64,000 nt of DNA from Octopus vulgaris (taxonomy: Eukaryota): positions 5,642,001 to 5,706,000 of the forward strand of contig OX597836.1 of assembly GCA_951406725.2 (NCBI GenBank). Direction: 5' to 3'. The notes beneath the pieces are model-generated. The model saw only the letters and a program-made list of their open reading frames with translations. It was not told the DNA's origin and searched no databases. Position 1 is the stretch's first letter. The number at the start of each line of letters is the position of its first letter. Below are positions 11,895 to 26,897 of this stretch, piece by piece. A program made the position numbers and the translations under genes.

Positions 11895-12320
11895 GTGAGC
11901 TGGCAGAAACGTTAGCACGCCGGCGAAATTCTTAGCGGTATTTCGTCTGCCTTATGTTCCGAGTTCAAATTCCGCTGAGGTCGACTTTGCCTTTCATCCT
12001 TTCGGGGTCGATAAATTAAGTACCAGTTACGCACTGAGGTCGATATAATAGACTTAATCTCTTTGCCTGTCCTTTTTTGTCCCCTCTGTGTTTAGCCACA
12101 TGTGGGTGATAAAGAAATAAGAAACGTTAGCATGCCTGGCGAAATTCTTAGCGGTATTTCGTCTATCTTTACGTTCTGAGTTCAAATTCCGCCGAGGTCA
12201 ACTTTGCCTTTCATCCTTTCGGGGTTGATAAATTAAGTACCAATTGTGTACTTGGGCTGATCTAACCGACTGTCCCCCATCCCCCAAATTTCGGGCCTAG
12301 TGCCTAGAGTAAAAAAGATT
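11895..12320 (+). mobile_element. SINE family A, dimeric form
   Basis: Head gagctggcagaaacgttagc, B-box gagttcaaattcc, core gcctttcatcctttcggggtcgataaattaagtacc present twice, with two different tails. Confidence 0.9.
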
Positions 12321-12564
12321 ATCATTTAGTGTTAGTTTTACTTGTCGGAAGTATGTCACTTCCGGTTTGTATCTGGCATCCATGTTGTCTTTATCTTCTG
12401 ACCGGCCGGTCGTGTCTCTTTACGTGTCCGTCTATATCTCGGAAAACCGCCGTCATCCCTGAATATTTTATGGTTTTTTCAAGTTACTGTAAACCCAACT
12501 TTGTATCAGCGGCACTAACATTTTGCTGCTTCTGTAATGATGAGCCGACAAAATTGTTTTTACC

Positions 12565-12790
12565 GTTGCTGCTTCGTGTAGAGATCTGGGCGAGCGTGTT
12601 TCACAGTCACCACGGTGACAATAAAGATGGAGCCATTTATTTTCGACTACAAGTGTACGGAAAGTGTACGTACACATCGCAGCATATGAGTAGAAAATAA
12701 ATGGCTCCAAACCTGAAACTATTGTTCATCTTTATTGTCACAGCGGTGATTGTGGACCCGCTCGCCCGGATTTCTACAAAAAGCAGCAAC
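12565..12790. repeat. Long imperfect inverted repeat (foldback, MITE-like)
   Basis: 12565-12629 is complementary to 12727-12790 (about 85% by eye); inner arms 12629-12644 and 12693-12708 are perfectly complementary. Confidence 0.9.
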
Positions 12791-12860
12791 ACTTTCCTTA
12801 AGTTAATCCAATCCTGGTGGATTAGATGTATAGTTCGTGCGTTGAAAGGCATGTAATGAC

Positions 12861-13023
12861 CTTCTTCTTCTTCTTCTTCTTCTTCTTCTTCTTCTTCTTC
12901 TTCTTCTTCTTCTTCTTCTTCTTCTTCTTCTTCTTCTTCTTCTTCTTCTTCTTCTTCTTCTTCTTCTTCTTCTTCTTCTTCTTCTTCTTCTTCTTCTTCT
13001 TCTTCTTCTTCTTCTTCTTCTTT
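12861..13023. repeat. Pure (CTT)n/(GAA)n tract
   Basis: About 160 bp uninterrupted. Confidence 0.97.
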
Positions 13024-13486
13024 CTTTCCATTCTACTGTTCCATAAAAGAATTGTTTTCACGTTCACCCGTAGTTTTTAAATGTTTATGATACCAAAATT
13101 AAATACAAATTATATGGAGAGCGTGTTTGTCAAGTGGGTATTTTTGTTTTGGTTTATAATTGCAATTTATTGTCTTTGGGAGAGTATGGTTGCATCAGAT
13201 CGTTTCAGAATATTCTATTTTAATTTTTACGTTTTATTTTATTTATCTATTTACTTATTTATTTTATTCATAATTTGGTTGTTAGTTAGGAACCGTGATA
13301 GACTCCGTCCTGAAGTAACAGAGTTTTAATCGTTTAGTTAATCATTGATAAAAATAATAATTATGCTGTATCACAAATAATTTTAAAGAAATGAAGACAG
13401 TATTGCTTTCAGACACGACAATTTTGGCAATCTCTTTGTCAATTTTGAAAAATACGTGAATAGTTGTGGCTACAAGCAGAGAAGTT

Positions 13487-13645
13487 GCTGTGTGGTTGAG
13501 AAGTCAGCTCCACGACCATTGGATTTCGGAATCGGGATCGGTCCCATAGTGTGGCACCTTGGGGAAGTGTTTTGTACTAAAGTCTCGACCCGACCAAAGA
13601 CTTGTGAATGGATTTGGTAGACGGAAACTGAAAGAAGCACGTCAC
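13487..13645 (+). mobile_element. SINE family B, 5' half
   Basis: gctgtgtggttgagaag...gtggcaccttggggaagtg...gatttggtagacggaaactgaaagaagc. Confidence 0.8.
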
Positions 13646-14441
13646 CCACATGCGTATGTATGTATGTATGTATTATCAGGCACGTGCCCTCAGTAATAAC
13701 TCAAGGTAGGCAGTTGGTGACCTTTATGTAGTAAAACACTCAAAAAATAAGCGAAACACAAGTGCATGACTAAGTTGAAGGCAGATCTATTTCTACCTTT
13801 ATAGCGCGTAAAGAAAACGTTGTTGTAGGAATGTACGCAACATGTCTACTACAGCATTTCTATGCGTAGCTTTAATACTGAGATTGGAAAGCAGGGACCA
13901 ATTATGCCTACCTAATCTACAAAAAGATAAAATATTTTGCATTTTATGCATAGGAATCAGGGTAGCCTTCATAATTTTATTGAATTAGGTACATATTTTG
14001 CCATGAGAGGAAAATGTTGCCATCGATCTATTGTTTTCGAGGCAAGCACTGACTATCATGCCTATCTAGGTGGCATGTCCCCGGTATGTTTGTATGTATG
14101 TATGTATGTATGTATGTATGTATGTATGTATGCGACGGGCTCATTTCAATATCTATTTACCAAGTTAGCTCAACAGGTTTTAATCGGCCTTAGGTTGTCG
14201 TAGAAAGAACTTGCCCAAGATGCTACGCAGTGGCACTGGAATGGCACACAAACCTCATGCCACACAGCTATGCCTCTTTCGTAATGGCTATTGTAAGGTT
14301 TCTGGGTTTCTGATTTAAATACAGGTTATTATGTTTAATGGACCCTAAATGGGAAGAACGGTAGAACTGAAGTCAAGAGTATTCGAACTCAGAACGTACA
14401 GAGACGGGAGGACAACGTATTTTATAATAATAGAAAAGAAA

Positions 14442-14753
14442 GCTGGTACTCCGTCGTTCACAACGATGACGGTTCCAGCTTATCCGTTCAACCGAACGGC
14501 CTGCACGTGAAATTAACGTACAACTGGCTGAGTACTCCGCAGAAACTCGTACCCTTCGTGTAGTTCTCAGGAAAATTCAGCCTTACACAGAGTGTGACAA
14601 GACTGACCCTTTGAAATGAAGGTTCAACTCATTTTCCCCCAGCAAAGTGAGATAAAGTGTTTTGAGCAAGGGAACAACAGGTCACCGGGAAATCGAACAC
14701 ATGATCTATACAAACGTGAGCCGAATGCCTTAACGACTAAGCCAGGCGCCTTC
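14442..14753 (-). mobile_element. SINE family D
   Basis: Collinear similarity to 3729-4062. Confidence 0.8.
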
Positions 14754-15288
14754 ACAATTATCAATTACTTCTATCAGTAAAATATGTAGAATATGCACTT
14801 TTATCCGAAACAATTCTTGATTTAACATAAAACAGAAGAAATAAAGAAAAAGAAAAAACAAAACAACAAGGTCATCCATCAAATTTGTTCCTGATTTCAA
14901 TGCTTGTTGACCGTTTATTCAGTTGGAGTAGAATTTTTTCTTGTTTCTAATATTTATGATCTGTTCTCATTAATTATTATTGGGTTCTCTGAAATCGCGT
15001 TTAGGATAAGTGTGTAAGTGTGCTTGCGTGTGTGTGTGTGTGTGGTGTAATGTGCATGTGGTGTGCAATGTTTATGTGTGTGTGGTGTGTAATGTGTGTG
15101 TGGTGTGTGTGTATGCGTCTTCGCCGACCTCTTCCCCTCTCCTTGTTAATGGGTGATCTTTGTGCCAATGGAAAAAATGTAAGAAATCATCAAATCTTAA
15201 CTCATTAAGGACATTGCCCGTTCACCTGCTCCCTTTTCTTGCTCTGAAATATGCACACACACACACATACACATACACACACACACGC

Positions 15289-15338
<50 letters not shown>

Positions 15339-15637
15339 ACACACATATACATATATATTTATTATGTGTGTGTATGTATGCATGTATGTATCTGTATGTA
15401 TGTATATATATATATGTATATACGTTTGTATGTATTTATGTACGTACGTATATAGATATATGTATATATATATATATGTATGTATATGTATGTATGTATA
15501 TGTATATATATATATATGTATGTATGTATTATGTACATGTATATATATATATACATATACTTATATACATATGTATATTCATGTATGCACATACTCATAT
15601 ATTCTCGTACATACATGCATACGCATAGTATATGTGC

Positions 15638-15707
<70 letters not shown>

Positions 15708-17739
15708 GAATATATATATATATATATGCACACACATGTGGTAATGAGGCAACGGTTTTGAAATCGGTCAATAATGAAAGCAATCCTTTCTTGGAATATA
15801 TCCTCCTCCTCTTCCCCCACCGCCATCCTTTCTCTCATTCTCCCCTACACACACACCCACATAAACCCGCTCCCTTATACACTAATACACACACCTTCGC
15901 CCTATCCCTGCCACCATAGTCTTGCCACTTTTCCACTTTGTACTCGTCCCACCGCCCGTTTCTCTCTTTTTTTTTACGCTTTTCGTGCGTTCAGGCATTT
16001 ACCGCTACGAATTGCCTCCCCACCATCTCCTTACATTTCTCCCCTCTCACCTACGCATTTTACCCCCGAACTACGATACACATAGACTTTATCCCCGGCA
16101 TACACACACACACACATGTATACATACACATACACACACACACACATGCACAAACACATACATACACACAGACACGCACAAACATATATATATATAGATA
16201 TAGACACACATACACACATACACACTACAGACATTCAAACCCCACACAGGAACAGTCACACGCACATACGCAAACACACACACACCGGCACACACATACA
16301 TTCACACACACACACAATATGCACGTCGTGAGATATGCGCGCGCACACATACTTATACATACCCAGACATACACAGCACACAGAGGTACACGCACTCACA
16401 GTCAGTACCCCAACTCTTTGTTGGTCTGGAATTCCACCCGGCACCTTTATAACAAACCCACCCCCAAACTCTTCCCCACTAACACCACAGCATTCCCTAC
16501 ACTTCTACATCCACCCGCACACTCACAAACAGACACCCGCAACCAATATCCTATCAATCTTACTGCACCCCTTGTCTTGTTTAGTACCCCCCCTTTTGCA
16601 TAACCCTCCTCGCCACCCCACCCATACACACCCACGCACAATCCATTACCACCACCACCACCACCACACTCCGCGCCCACTGTCCCACAACGAGACACCT
16701 CCCCCCACTACCCGCACAACACATTCTCTTTCTTGCTTTACCCCCGCAAACCCCTCTACACCCCACTTTCCTCCTCCCACTCCTTTTATCCCCTACACCT
16801 TTTCATCCTCCCTCCTCCCACACCCCAATCTCCTCCCACGCCGCCCCGCACCTTTCCCTTCCCTCTTCCTCCCCTTCCTCTTCAGCAGAAATTATGCAAC
16901 ACGGTCCCCCCTCCCATCCCTTGCATTACCCCCTTCCACCCACAGCACATACTTTAATGCCTCCTCCTCCCTCTCCTCCGCCTAACCCTCTCCTATTACT
17001 ACCTCTACCGGTCCCGTTGTTCTCCCCACCTTCCTTTTACCCGTCATCAACACCCCCACCACACGCATATTCTGCACGCTCCCCCTCTCCCTCTCTCTCC
17101 CTACTCTTTATCTCCCTCTCCTTATCCTACTCTGCATCGCTCTTCTCTCTCCCCCTTTCTCACTCTTTGCCTCCATCTCTCGCTTTCCCTCTTTCTCAAC
17201 TCTTCCTCTCTCTCTCTTTCACTGTTTCACTCTCTCTTTTAGGCTCTCTCTATCACACTATTTCCCGTCTCTCTTCCTTTCTGTATCTCACTCTCTACCA
17301 CGCTCTCTCTCTCTCTCTCTCACTTTCTTTCTCTCTTTCTCTCTTTCTCTCATCCTCTCCCTCTCCAGCTTTGTGTCTTTCTGTTTCTCTTTTTGTCTCC
17401 TTCTCTCTCTCTCTCTTTATCTCAGGTTCTCAGATTCTCTTCCTCTGTCTCTCTCTCTCCCACCCTCACTCTCTCTGTGCCTGTCACTACCTCAGTTTCT
17501 CTGTCTCTCTGTCTCTGTCTTTCTCTCTCTTTCTCTCTCAGTCTTCTCTGTCACTCTGCTTATCTCTACCTCTGTCTCTCTGTCTCTCTGTCTCTCTCTC
17601 TCATTTTCTCTGTCTCTCCCCCAGTCTATCCCACTCTCTTTCTCTTTCTCTTCCCATCTTCCCCTCTACCTCCTGCCTCATCACACCTCACTTTCTTTCA
17701 TTCATCACCCTCTTCCCGCCACCTGCACCTCCACCCAAT

Positions 17740-18695
17740 GGTGGTGGTGGTGGTGGTGGTGGTGGTGGTGGAGAGTGGTGGTGGTCGAAGTCGCTGATGT
17801 GGTGGTGGGGTGGTGGTGGTGGTGGTGGTGGTGGTGGTGGTGGTGGTGGTGGTGGTGGTGGTGGTGGTGGTGGTGGTGGTGGTGGTGGTGGCGGTGGTGG
17901 TGGTGGTGGTGGTGGTGGTGGTGGTGGTGGTGGTGGTGGTGGCGGTGGTGGTGGTGGTGGTGGTGGTGGTGGTGGTGGTGGTGGTGGTGGTGGTGGTGGT
18001 GGTGGTGGTGGTGGTGGTGGTGGTGGTGGTGGTGGTGGTGGTGGTGGTGGTGGTGGTGGTGGTGGTGGTGGTGGTGGTGGTGTGGTGGTGGTGGTGGTGG
18101 TGGTGGTGGTAGTGGTGGTGGTGGTGGTGGTGGTGGCGGTGGTGGTGGTGGTGGTGGTGGCGGTGGTGGTGGTGGTGGTGGTGGTGGTGGTGGTGGTGGT
18201 GGTGGTGGTGGTGGTGGTGGTGGTGGTGGTGGTGGTGGTGGTGGTGGTGGTGGTGGTGGTGGTGGTGGTGGTAGTGGTGGTGGTGGTGGTGGTGGTGGTG
18301 GTGGTGGTGGTGGTGGTGGTGGTGGTGGTGGTGGTGGTGGTGGTGGTGGTGGTGGTGGTGGTGGTGGTGGTGGTGGTGGTGGTGGTGGTGGTGGTGGTGG
18401 TGGTGGTGGTGGTGGTGGTGGTGGTGGTGTTCGAGAGTGCAGTGGCAGTGGTCGAAGTCGTAGTAGCGGTGGTAGGATAGCGCTGATAGTGGTGGTGGTG
18501 GTGGTGGTGGTGGTGGTGGTGGTGGTGGTGGTGGTGTGGTGGTGGTGTGTGTGGTGGTGTAGTGATGGTGGTGGTGTAGTGGTGGTGGTGTAGTGGTGAT
18601 GGTGGTGGTGTAGTGGTGGTGGTGGTGTAGTGGTGGTGGTAGTGGTAGTGGTGGTGGTGGTGTAGTGGTGGTGGTGGTGGTAGTGGTAGTGGTGG
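17740..18695. repeat. Very long (GGT)n tract
   Basis: About 950 bp of mostly GGT repeats; source of the poly-Gly/Val/Trp ORFs. Confidence 0.97.
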
Positions 18696-18929
18696 GGGTG
18701 GTGCAGATGCTGGTGTTAGTAGAGTTAATGATATTGATGGTGATGATGAATGAGACGGTGGTGTTGCTGGCGATGATAGGGGGAGTTAATGGTTTTGGTG
18801 TTGTTGTTGTTGCTGTTGTTGTTGGTGGTGGTGGTTATGAAGACAGCCGTGGTGGTCGCGATGGGGTTACAACTGGCAAGGGTGGTAGTGCCATTAGCGG
18901 TGGTCATCGCACCACTGGTAATGGTACTG

Positions 18930-18930
18930 G

Positions 18931-19007
<77 letters not shown>

Positions 19008-19071
19008 ATGATGAAGGTGATGATGATGATGATGATGATTATGATGAAGGTGATGATGATTATGATGAAGG

Positions 19072-19105
<34 letters not shown>

Positions 19106-19190
19106 GGTGGTGATGAGGATGGTGGTAATTTTGATGATGGGGATGATGATGATGATGGTGGTGGTGATGGTGATGATGATGATGATGATA
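18930..19190. repeat. (GAT)n-rich tract
   Basis: Directly visible. Confidence 0.93.
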
Positions 19191-20014
19191 ATAGTAGAGG
19201 TGGTAGTGACTGTGGTACGGATTGTGGTGGTTGTTGCAGTAGAAATAGTTGTACTCTGTGGATGTGGTAATAATCGTTGTGTGGTGGTGGTGGTAGTGTT
19301 GGTGGTAGGGGTCGTTGTGGTGGTGGTGGTTGTGGTGGTGGTGGTTGTTGTGGTGGCGGTGGTGGTGGTGCTGTGGTTCTAGTTGTAGTTGCTCCTGGTA
19401 TTCGTGGCGTTTTGATAGAGATACTCGTGAAGCAGCTTCAGCTACAGTAGCTGTAGTAATAGAAGACAGCTGCCCAAGGTGGCACGCCTCGGGACTGAAC
19501 CCATATCTATTTGGTTGGGAAGCTGGCTTCTTACCACACACCCAAGTATTTTCCTGATGTAAATGGCAAATAAAATTAATAAAGAATGGGAGAGTCTTGG
19601 GTTTGAACCCGTTATCTAAGTTTTGTAATATGCGCCTATTTGTTGTCTGTGGAGATTTAAATCAGATTTATGAATTCGAAATTAGAAATTTAACGGGTGA
19701 AATTTTGTAAAATATTTTAGGGTATATTGGAGTGGTTAAGTAGCTCGCTTACCAACCACATGGTTCTGTGTTCAATCCCACTGCGTGGCACCTTGGTAAG
19801 GGTCGTTTAGTGTATCCTCGAGCCGACCAAAGTTTTGTGAGTGGATTTGGTTGACGGAAACTGATCGACTTTGCCTTACATCCTTTCGGGGTCGCTAAGA
19901 TATTGATGCCATTGACTTACGCCACCCCCAACACTTCAGGGATTAACCCTAAAAAAAAAACAGGATTATTAATGCTAATTATCCTATAAAACGTTTTTAC
20001 TGCTATTTCCTTAA

Positions 20015-20234
20015 TCTTTTACTCATTTTTCTTGTTTCAGTCACATGACTGCGGCCCTGCTGGAGCACCGCAAATAAAGGGATTGTTTAGTCGAAGAAGT
20101 CGACCCCAGGACTTATTTCGTACTTATTCTATCGGTCTATTTTGCCGAACCGCTCTGTTACGGGGGACGTAAACACACCAACATCGGTTGCCAGGCTATG
20201 GTGGGTGGATGGGGGACTAACACATAAATATATA

Positions 20235-20283
<49 letters not shown>

Positions 20284-20310
20284 GTTTATACATATATATA
20301 TATATGTATA

Positions 20311-20398
<88 letters not shown>

Positions 20399-20560
20399 AC
20401 GGGCTTCTTTCAGTTTCCGTCTACCGAATCCCACTCCCAGGGTTTTTGTCAGGCCGTGGCTATAGCAGAAGACACTTGGCCAACGTTCTAAAGAAAGGAA
20501 CTGTACCCGGAACCATGTGGTTGGGAACCAAATTCCTTACCACACAACCACGCATGCGCC
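20015..20560 (-). mobile_element. SINE family B, full length with internal (TA)n
   Basis: Both modules present, flanking a TA tract at about 20225-20395. Confidence 0.85.
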
Positions 20561-20888
20561 TTTGTGTAAATATTGGACATAAATATTTGCCAGATTTCTG
20601 TATTCCAACCGTTTAATTCCGGTGCTGTTTGTCTTTTGTTTTATTTGTTATTTGAGACATTTGTATTTTTCCTACGCTTGGTTCTCGTGTCTTCACAGTT
20701 AAAGTTTGGACAATTGTAGTTATGACGGGAGGGAAAAATTGTGTTATTTGTATTTTATTTAATATATATATATATAGTTATAATTATGAGGTTAACAGTA
20801 GCTGGTGTGATTGTTATGATCGGAATTATAACAATTGGAGTGGTTGTTATACTTTTGACTGCTATAGTACAGATTGTTCTCAGGGTAA

Positions 20889-20922
<34 letters not shown>

Positions 20923-21266
20923 ATAAGTTTAGATATATGCTAGCTCACATGAATCTGAGTATAGATATATGCCAGCGTGTATATTTTGGCATACCTATTT
21001 TACATATATATATATATATACATGTTTACGCATACATACATATATATATACACACACACACATACTCGATTGCCTGACCATCTAATAATCTAACTGTAAC
21101 TATGCCCGTCTATTTGTATAAGTATCCCAGCAACCCTCTCCCCACACACACACACGTGTGTGTATATATATATATGTGTGTGTGTGTGTATATGTGTATA
21201 TGCATATATATATGTACATATATATATATATATATATGCATATATATATGTATAAGCATATATATG

Positions 21267-21301
<35 letters not shown>

Positions 21302-21324
21302 GCATACACACATACACACACACG

Positions 21325-21390
<66 letters not shown>

Positions 21391-21833
21391 TATACATATG
21401 TTATAAAATCTATTTATCCCTCTATCCCTTTCATTTGAACCATTTTGTTTCTCCCGTCGGTAATTTACTCCCATCTTTCAGGTATCTTTCCTTCAGTCCC
21501 CTAAACTTATTTCGCGCATTTATAAATGCCGTAACCCCCCCCCCCCCCCCGCCTACCTTATTTTATAACACACTACACAGAAATAAACACATACACATAC
21601 GCAAACCGCCATACATAAGTACAAACATATATATATATGTGTGTGTGTGTGTATGTGTGTGTAGTATGTATGTCTGTACGTAAACGTATCTATGTGAATG
21701 TGTATGTGTGTGGGGGGGGGATGGTAACTTCACTAACGAACTCAGGTTAATTTTGAATGCTGCCCCAGAATATGAATCCTAATTCCTTTATTTGAAATTA
21801 TTCCAAATCACTTATCATTAGACAGATTGATCG

Positions 21834-21932
<99 letters not shown>

Positions 21933-22129
21933 CTCTCACCCCCTCTCTCTTTTCCTCTCGCACAAAAACGCACATGTATAGATAGATTGATAGGTACACA
22001 TGTATAGCTACATGTGTACATTACGGAACATGTGTATGTGTGCGTGTGTGTGTTTGTTTATCTAAATCTACATGAAAATATATACATATGAATATGTATA
22101 CATATATATATATACGAGCTGCCTCCTAA

Positions 22130-22184
<55 letters not shown>

Positions 22185-22200
22185 TGTGTATGTATGTATG

Positions 22201-22244
<44 letters not shown>

Positions 22245-22314
22245 GTATATAAACATGTGCATGTGCGTATATATGCGTATATGTGTATGTGTGTGTGTGT
22301 GTGTGTATTCCTTC

Positions 22315-22538
22315 ATTCTTTTATTCTTCTACTTGGTTCGGTCATTTCACTGCGGCCAAGCTGGAGCAGGGACCAGAAGGTTTTTCAGTCGGAGAAAATC
22401 GACCACACGACTTATTTCTTTGTGAGCATATTGTTTATTCTATCGGTTTCTTTTTTGCCGAACCGTTAATTCATGGGGACATAGACACACGAATATCGGT
22501 TGTCAAGCGAAGACAGGTGACAAGCAAGACAAAAAGAT

Positions 22539-22600
<62 letters not shown>

Positions 22601-22764
22601 GACGGACTTCTTTCAATTTCCGTCTACCAAATCCACTCACAATTCTTTCGTTGACCCAAAGCTTATAGTTGCAGATACCTGCCCAAGATATCGAGCAGTG
22701 GAACTGAGCGAAGGGACCATGTGGTTGGAAATCAAGTTTCTCTCCACACAGCTACGCATGCGCC
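22315..22764 (-). mobile_element. SINE family B, full length
   Basis: Both modules present, with internal (CA)n(TA)n. Confidence 0.8.
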
Positions 22765-22776
22765 AATAGCCATGCT

Positions 22777-22891
<115 letters not shown>

Positions 22892-23544
22892 ACATATATA
22901 TATATATGTATGTATATATATACATACATACATACATACATACATACACACACACATACATATATATATATATGAATTAAATAATGAGGGTAGAAATTGA
23001 TATTAATCAATTAACATGAATTAAAACCAATTTCTTAGCATATTTAAAAATCCGAAGCTCAAAAGTTGTATTATATACAAATTAAGAGGAATGACCACCA
23101 CCTCGCCCACACACACACACACATACTCACATACACACACATATATCTGTACACACACACCAACGGATGGCAGGTTGGATAAAGTGAGAGACGGATGGAT
23201 AGGTGGCCTGACGGGTGAATATGCATATGTGTATATATATATATATATGTGTATGTTTATATATGTAACAAGTGAGAGAAAGAGCTCTTTTTCTCATATG
23301 TTATATGCTCGACGGACACGAATGAGTTCTCTGAAGTAAATCCAGTGACCATTATATCCATACTGTTGACGAGATGACATTAGCTAGCCGAAGACAGAGA
23401 ACGTGCTTTAAACGGCGCACAACCAGGTGTACACCCAAGTATGGATGTCTTCATATATGAATGTGTGTGTGTGTGTGTTGCATGTGTGTATGTGTATGTG
23501 TGTATGTGCGTGTGCGTATGCGTATGTGACTGCGTGTGTGTGTG

Positions 23545-24140
23545 TAGGGTCGGCCAAAAAGTTCGTTCGCTTTTTCTTTTGGCGACACAAATCTTCAAGC
23601 ATTCTAATGAGTTGCTAACGTGCGCCAGCCTGTTGCGCATGCTCACTTGTGAGAATCTTGATTCCTTAGCGTGGTTCAATCCGAACTTGCAATGAGAAAG
23701 GTTGTATTTTTCGTGTAGGGGATCACCCTTAAAATGGAGAACCAAAACAGACATTATCAACACTTCAGTCCTTTTTTTTCTTTCCTTCGTAAAACCAACG
23801 ACACCAAAAATGGTACAGGGTACGAAAAATGGATCCTCTATATCAATGTGGAGCACATTGGGGGTGGGGGCGTGGCGAACCCTCACAAGTAATCCCCAAA
23901 GCAGGACTTCAACTGAAGAAAGTTCTGTATTCAGTTTGGTTGGACTGGAAGGGTGTTGTCTTTTACGAGCTTCCTTCTAATGATAGAACCATCAATTCGA
24001 ATGTGTCGAATTAAACGCTGCGACTCCTCAGAAGTGTCTAACTCTTCCGAAACGTAAGAGCATTGCTTTTCATCATGTTAATACCAGTAGGAAAAATTCT
24101 TCGGAGGAACGGCACAAGTTTCTGGAGCTTGACAGGGAAG
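23545..24140 (+). mobile_element. Decayed mariner transposon (TIR-like end plus catalytic-domain fragment)
   Basis: TIR-like tagggtcggccaaaaagttcgttcg at 23545; from about 23810 the motifs YEKWILYINV, KAGLQLKKVLYSVWLDWKGVVFYEL..TINS and RKSIAFHHVN correspond to mariner DEKW, WWDxxG and HHDNA motifs. Confidence 0.85.
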
Positions 24141-25476
24141 TTTTGTTGAACCTTTCATTCTTAAAAAAATGTTCAAAGAAGCTGCTTAGGATGTGGGGTT
24201 CGGGTAACCATCATTCCACCTTTTCATTTTTTCCCATTCAATCGTTTTTTTCATTCGCCCCCCACCCCACCTTTTTGTTGCGCTGTCTGTTCTGTCCTTT
24301 GAGGTGTCCAATCTGTGTTTCGAACTTAATGGTTAATAATGAACAGTTTCTTAAACATCACAGTAGTGAAAGGTCGATTTTTTGAAAGATGCTATACCTG
24401 AAAAAAATAACGCAGAAATAGCTACTCAGAATTTTCAGTGAATTATGTATAATTCTCTGCCCGTGATTTGAAGCGATATTATATACTGTAACTTAAGAAT
24501 ATTCAGTCTAAATAGATAAACGACTACCGCATTTGTACGAATTCTCAGAAACAGCATAAAATATTTCTAACATTCTAAGAACATGTCTGTCCCCTCAGAT
24601 AAAACCAAAACATTGTGTGCACTTAACATCGACAAATTGTAATAGTTATGCCAAATGCTATTGCTACAGCTATAAAAATTTAATGAGACTTTTAATCATA
24701 CCATTATTTTTGCAGCTGAGCAAAGAGCCACCAAGTCTGAAAACGCTGAGAGAATTTAATATTTAGTTTTCAGAAGAACTTATATTACATTTAAGGATCA
24801 TAAGCCAAATGTTATCTAATAATACATAAATGAAAATATAAGGGATTTAGGTATACTAAAGAAAAGTAACTCGGACACGTTAGCATTCAAAATTAAAAGA
24901 AAACATATTTCGCGAAAACAGAGAAGTAAATGTATCGATCGTATGGATATTAAGGATCATTACAAATTGTACCTCCTTGGTAGCATAGGTCATGAAAAGC
25001 CTCATACATGTCTTTATACATAGACAGACACATGCATATATACACAGATGTATACATATATATATACATATATAAGTGTATAAGTGTATGTATTGTAATG
25101 TATAAATACACTTGCATCTATGTATGTGTGTATGTCTGTATGCATGCGAGCGTGTGTGTGAGAGAGAGTTTGTATGCTTATGTGAGTATGTGGTTTGGTG
25201 ATTGCAATGATGAGTGTACACCGAAGGAAAACTGCACGATAAATTTCTTGTATTTATGTCAAAAGGTAAGTTGGTTATCCTATAAATAGAGCGCAATAAA
25301 GTAAGTACAAGATCGAAATACGTATTGGATCGATAAGAGATAAAACTGGAAAAGGGAACACACACACACACCCACACACACACACATATGCATATGTATA
25401 TATGTATATATATATGTATATATATACATATATATATATATTCATATATATATATATATATCATATATATATATAC

Positions 25477-25520
<44 letters not shown>

Positions 25521-25569
25521 TTATAAGATATATATAAAATATACTATTTATTTACAAGAGTATATGAAA

Positions 25570-25633
<64 letters not shown>

Positions 25634-25844
25634 GAGCATATGTAAGTATACATTTACACCTATACATATACATACAAACACACGCTCAGATACATATATG
25701 CACACACACATACGTACATGTATATATATATACATTTACATATATATATTCATATATATACTTAAATACAAATATGTGTATATATATACAAACATATATA
25801 AATACGTATACAAACATAAATATATATTTAAATACACCTATACG

Positions 25845-25894
<50 letters not shown>

Positions 25895-26373
25895 TATATA
25901 TATACATACATATCTATATATGTATATTGATGCGCGCACACACAAACGCAATTATATATTGGTAATTGTTCTAGGTACCTGTGTACTCTCGTCTAATCAT
26001 AGTTACACGCTGGGCCCTTCAATCCCATGACCACGAGAATATATCGAAATACGACAACTGGAGTTAGACAGAAACCACTTTACGAATCGGAACAGCGTGA
26101 AGGTTGGACCTCATTTAAGAAGCAACCGTATCACTTGGCGAAGGATTTGAAGCCCCAACCTCGTTACTGTGTCATGCACGTTCACACACACGCACATCCT
26201 TATCAATAATGTAAATACACATATTCATGTATACAGACATACATACAAATATGTATTGGTATGTTGGCATATGTTCACACGCACATACATAGGTGCGTGT
26301 GTATATATATAAATATATATATGAATGTATGTATACATGCATACGTGTGTAGAGAGAGAAAGAAATAGATATG

Positions 26374-26897
<524 letters not shown>

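Noticed and set aside
16894-18593. 528-aa and 406-aa ORFs
   Set aside because: They arise from stop-free CT-rich and (GGT)n low-complexity DNA.
25240-25272. AG|GTAAGT as a recursive splice site
   Set aside because: The AAG acceptor has an A-rich, interrupted tract; insufficient evidence.
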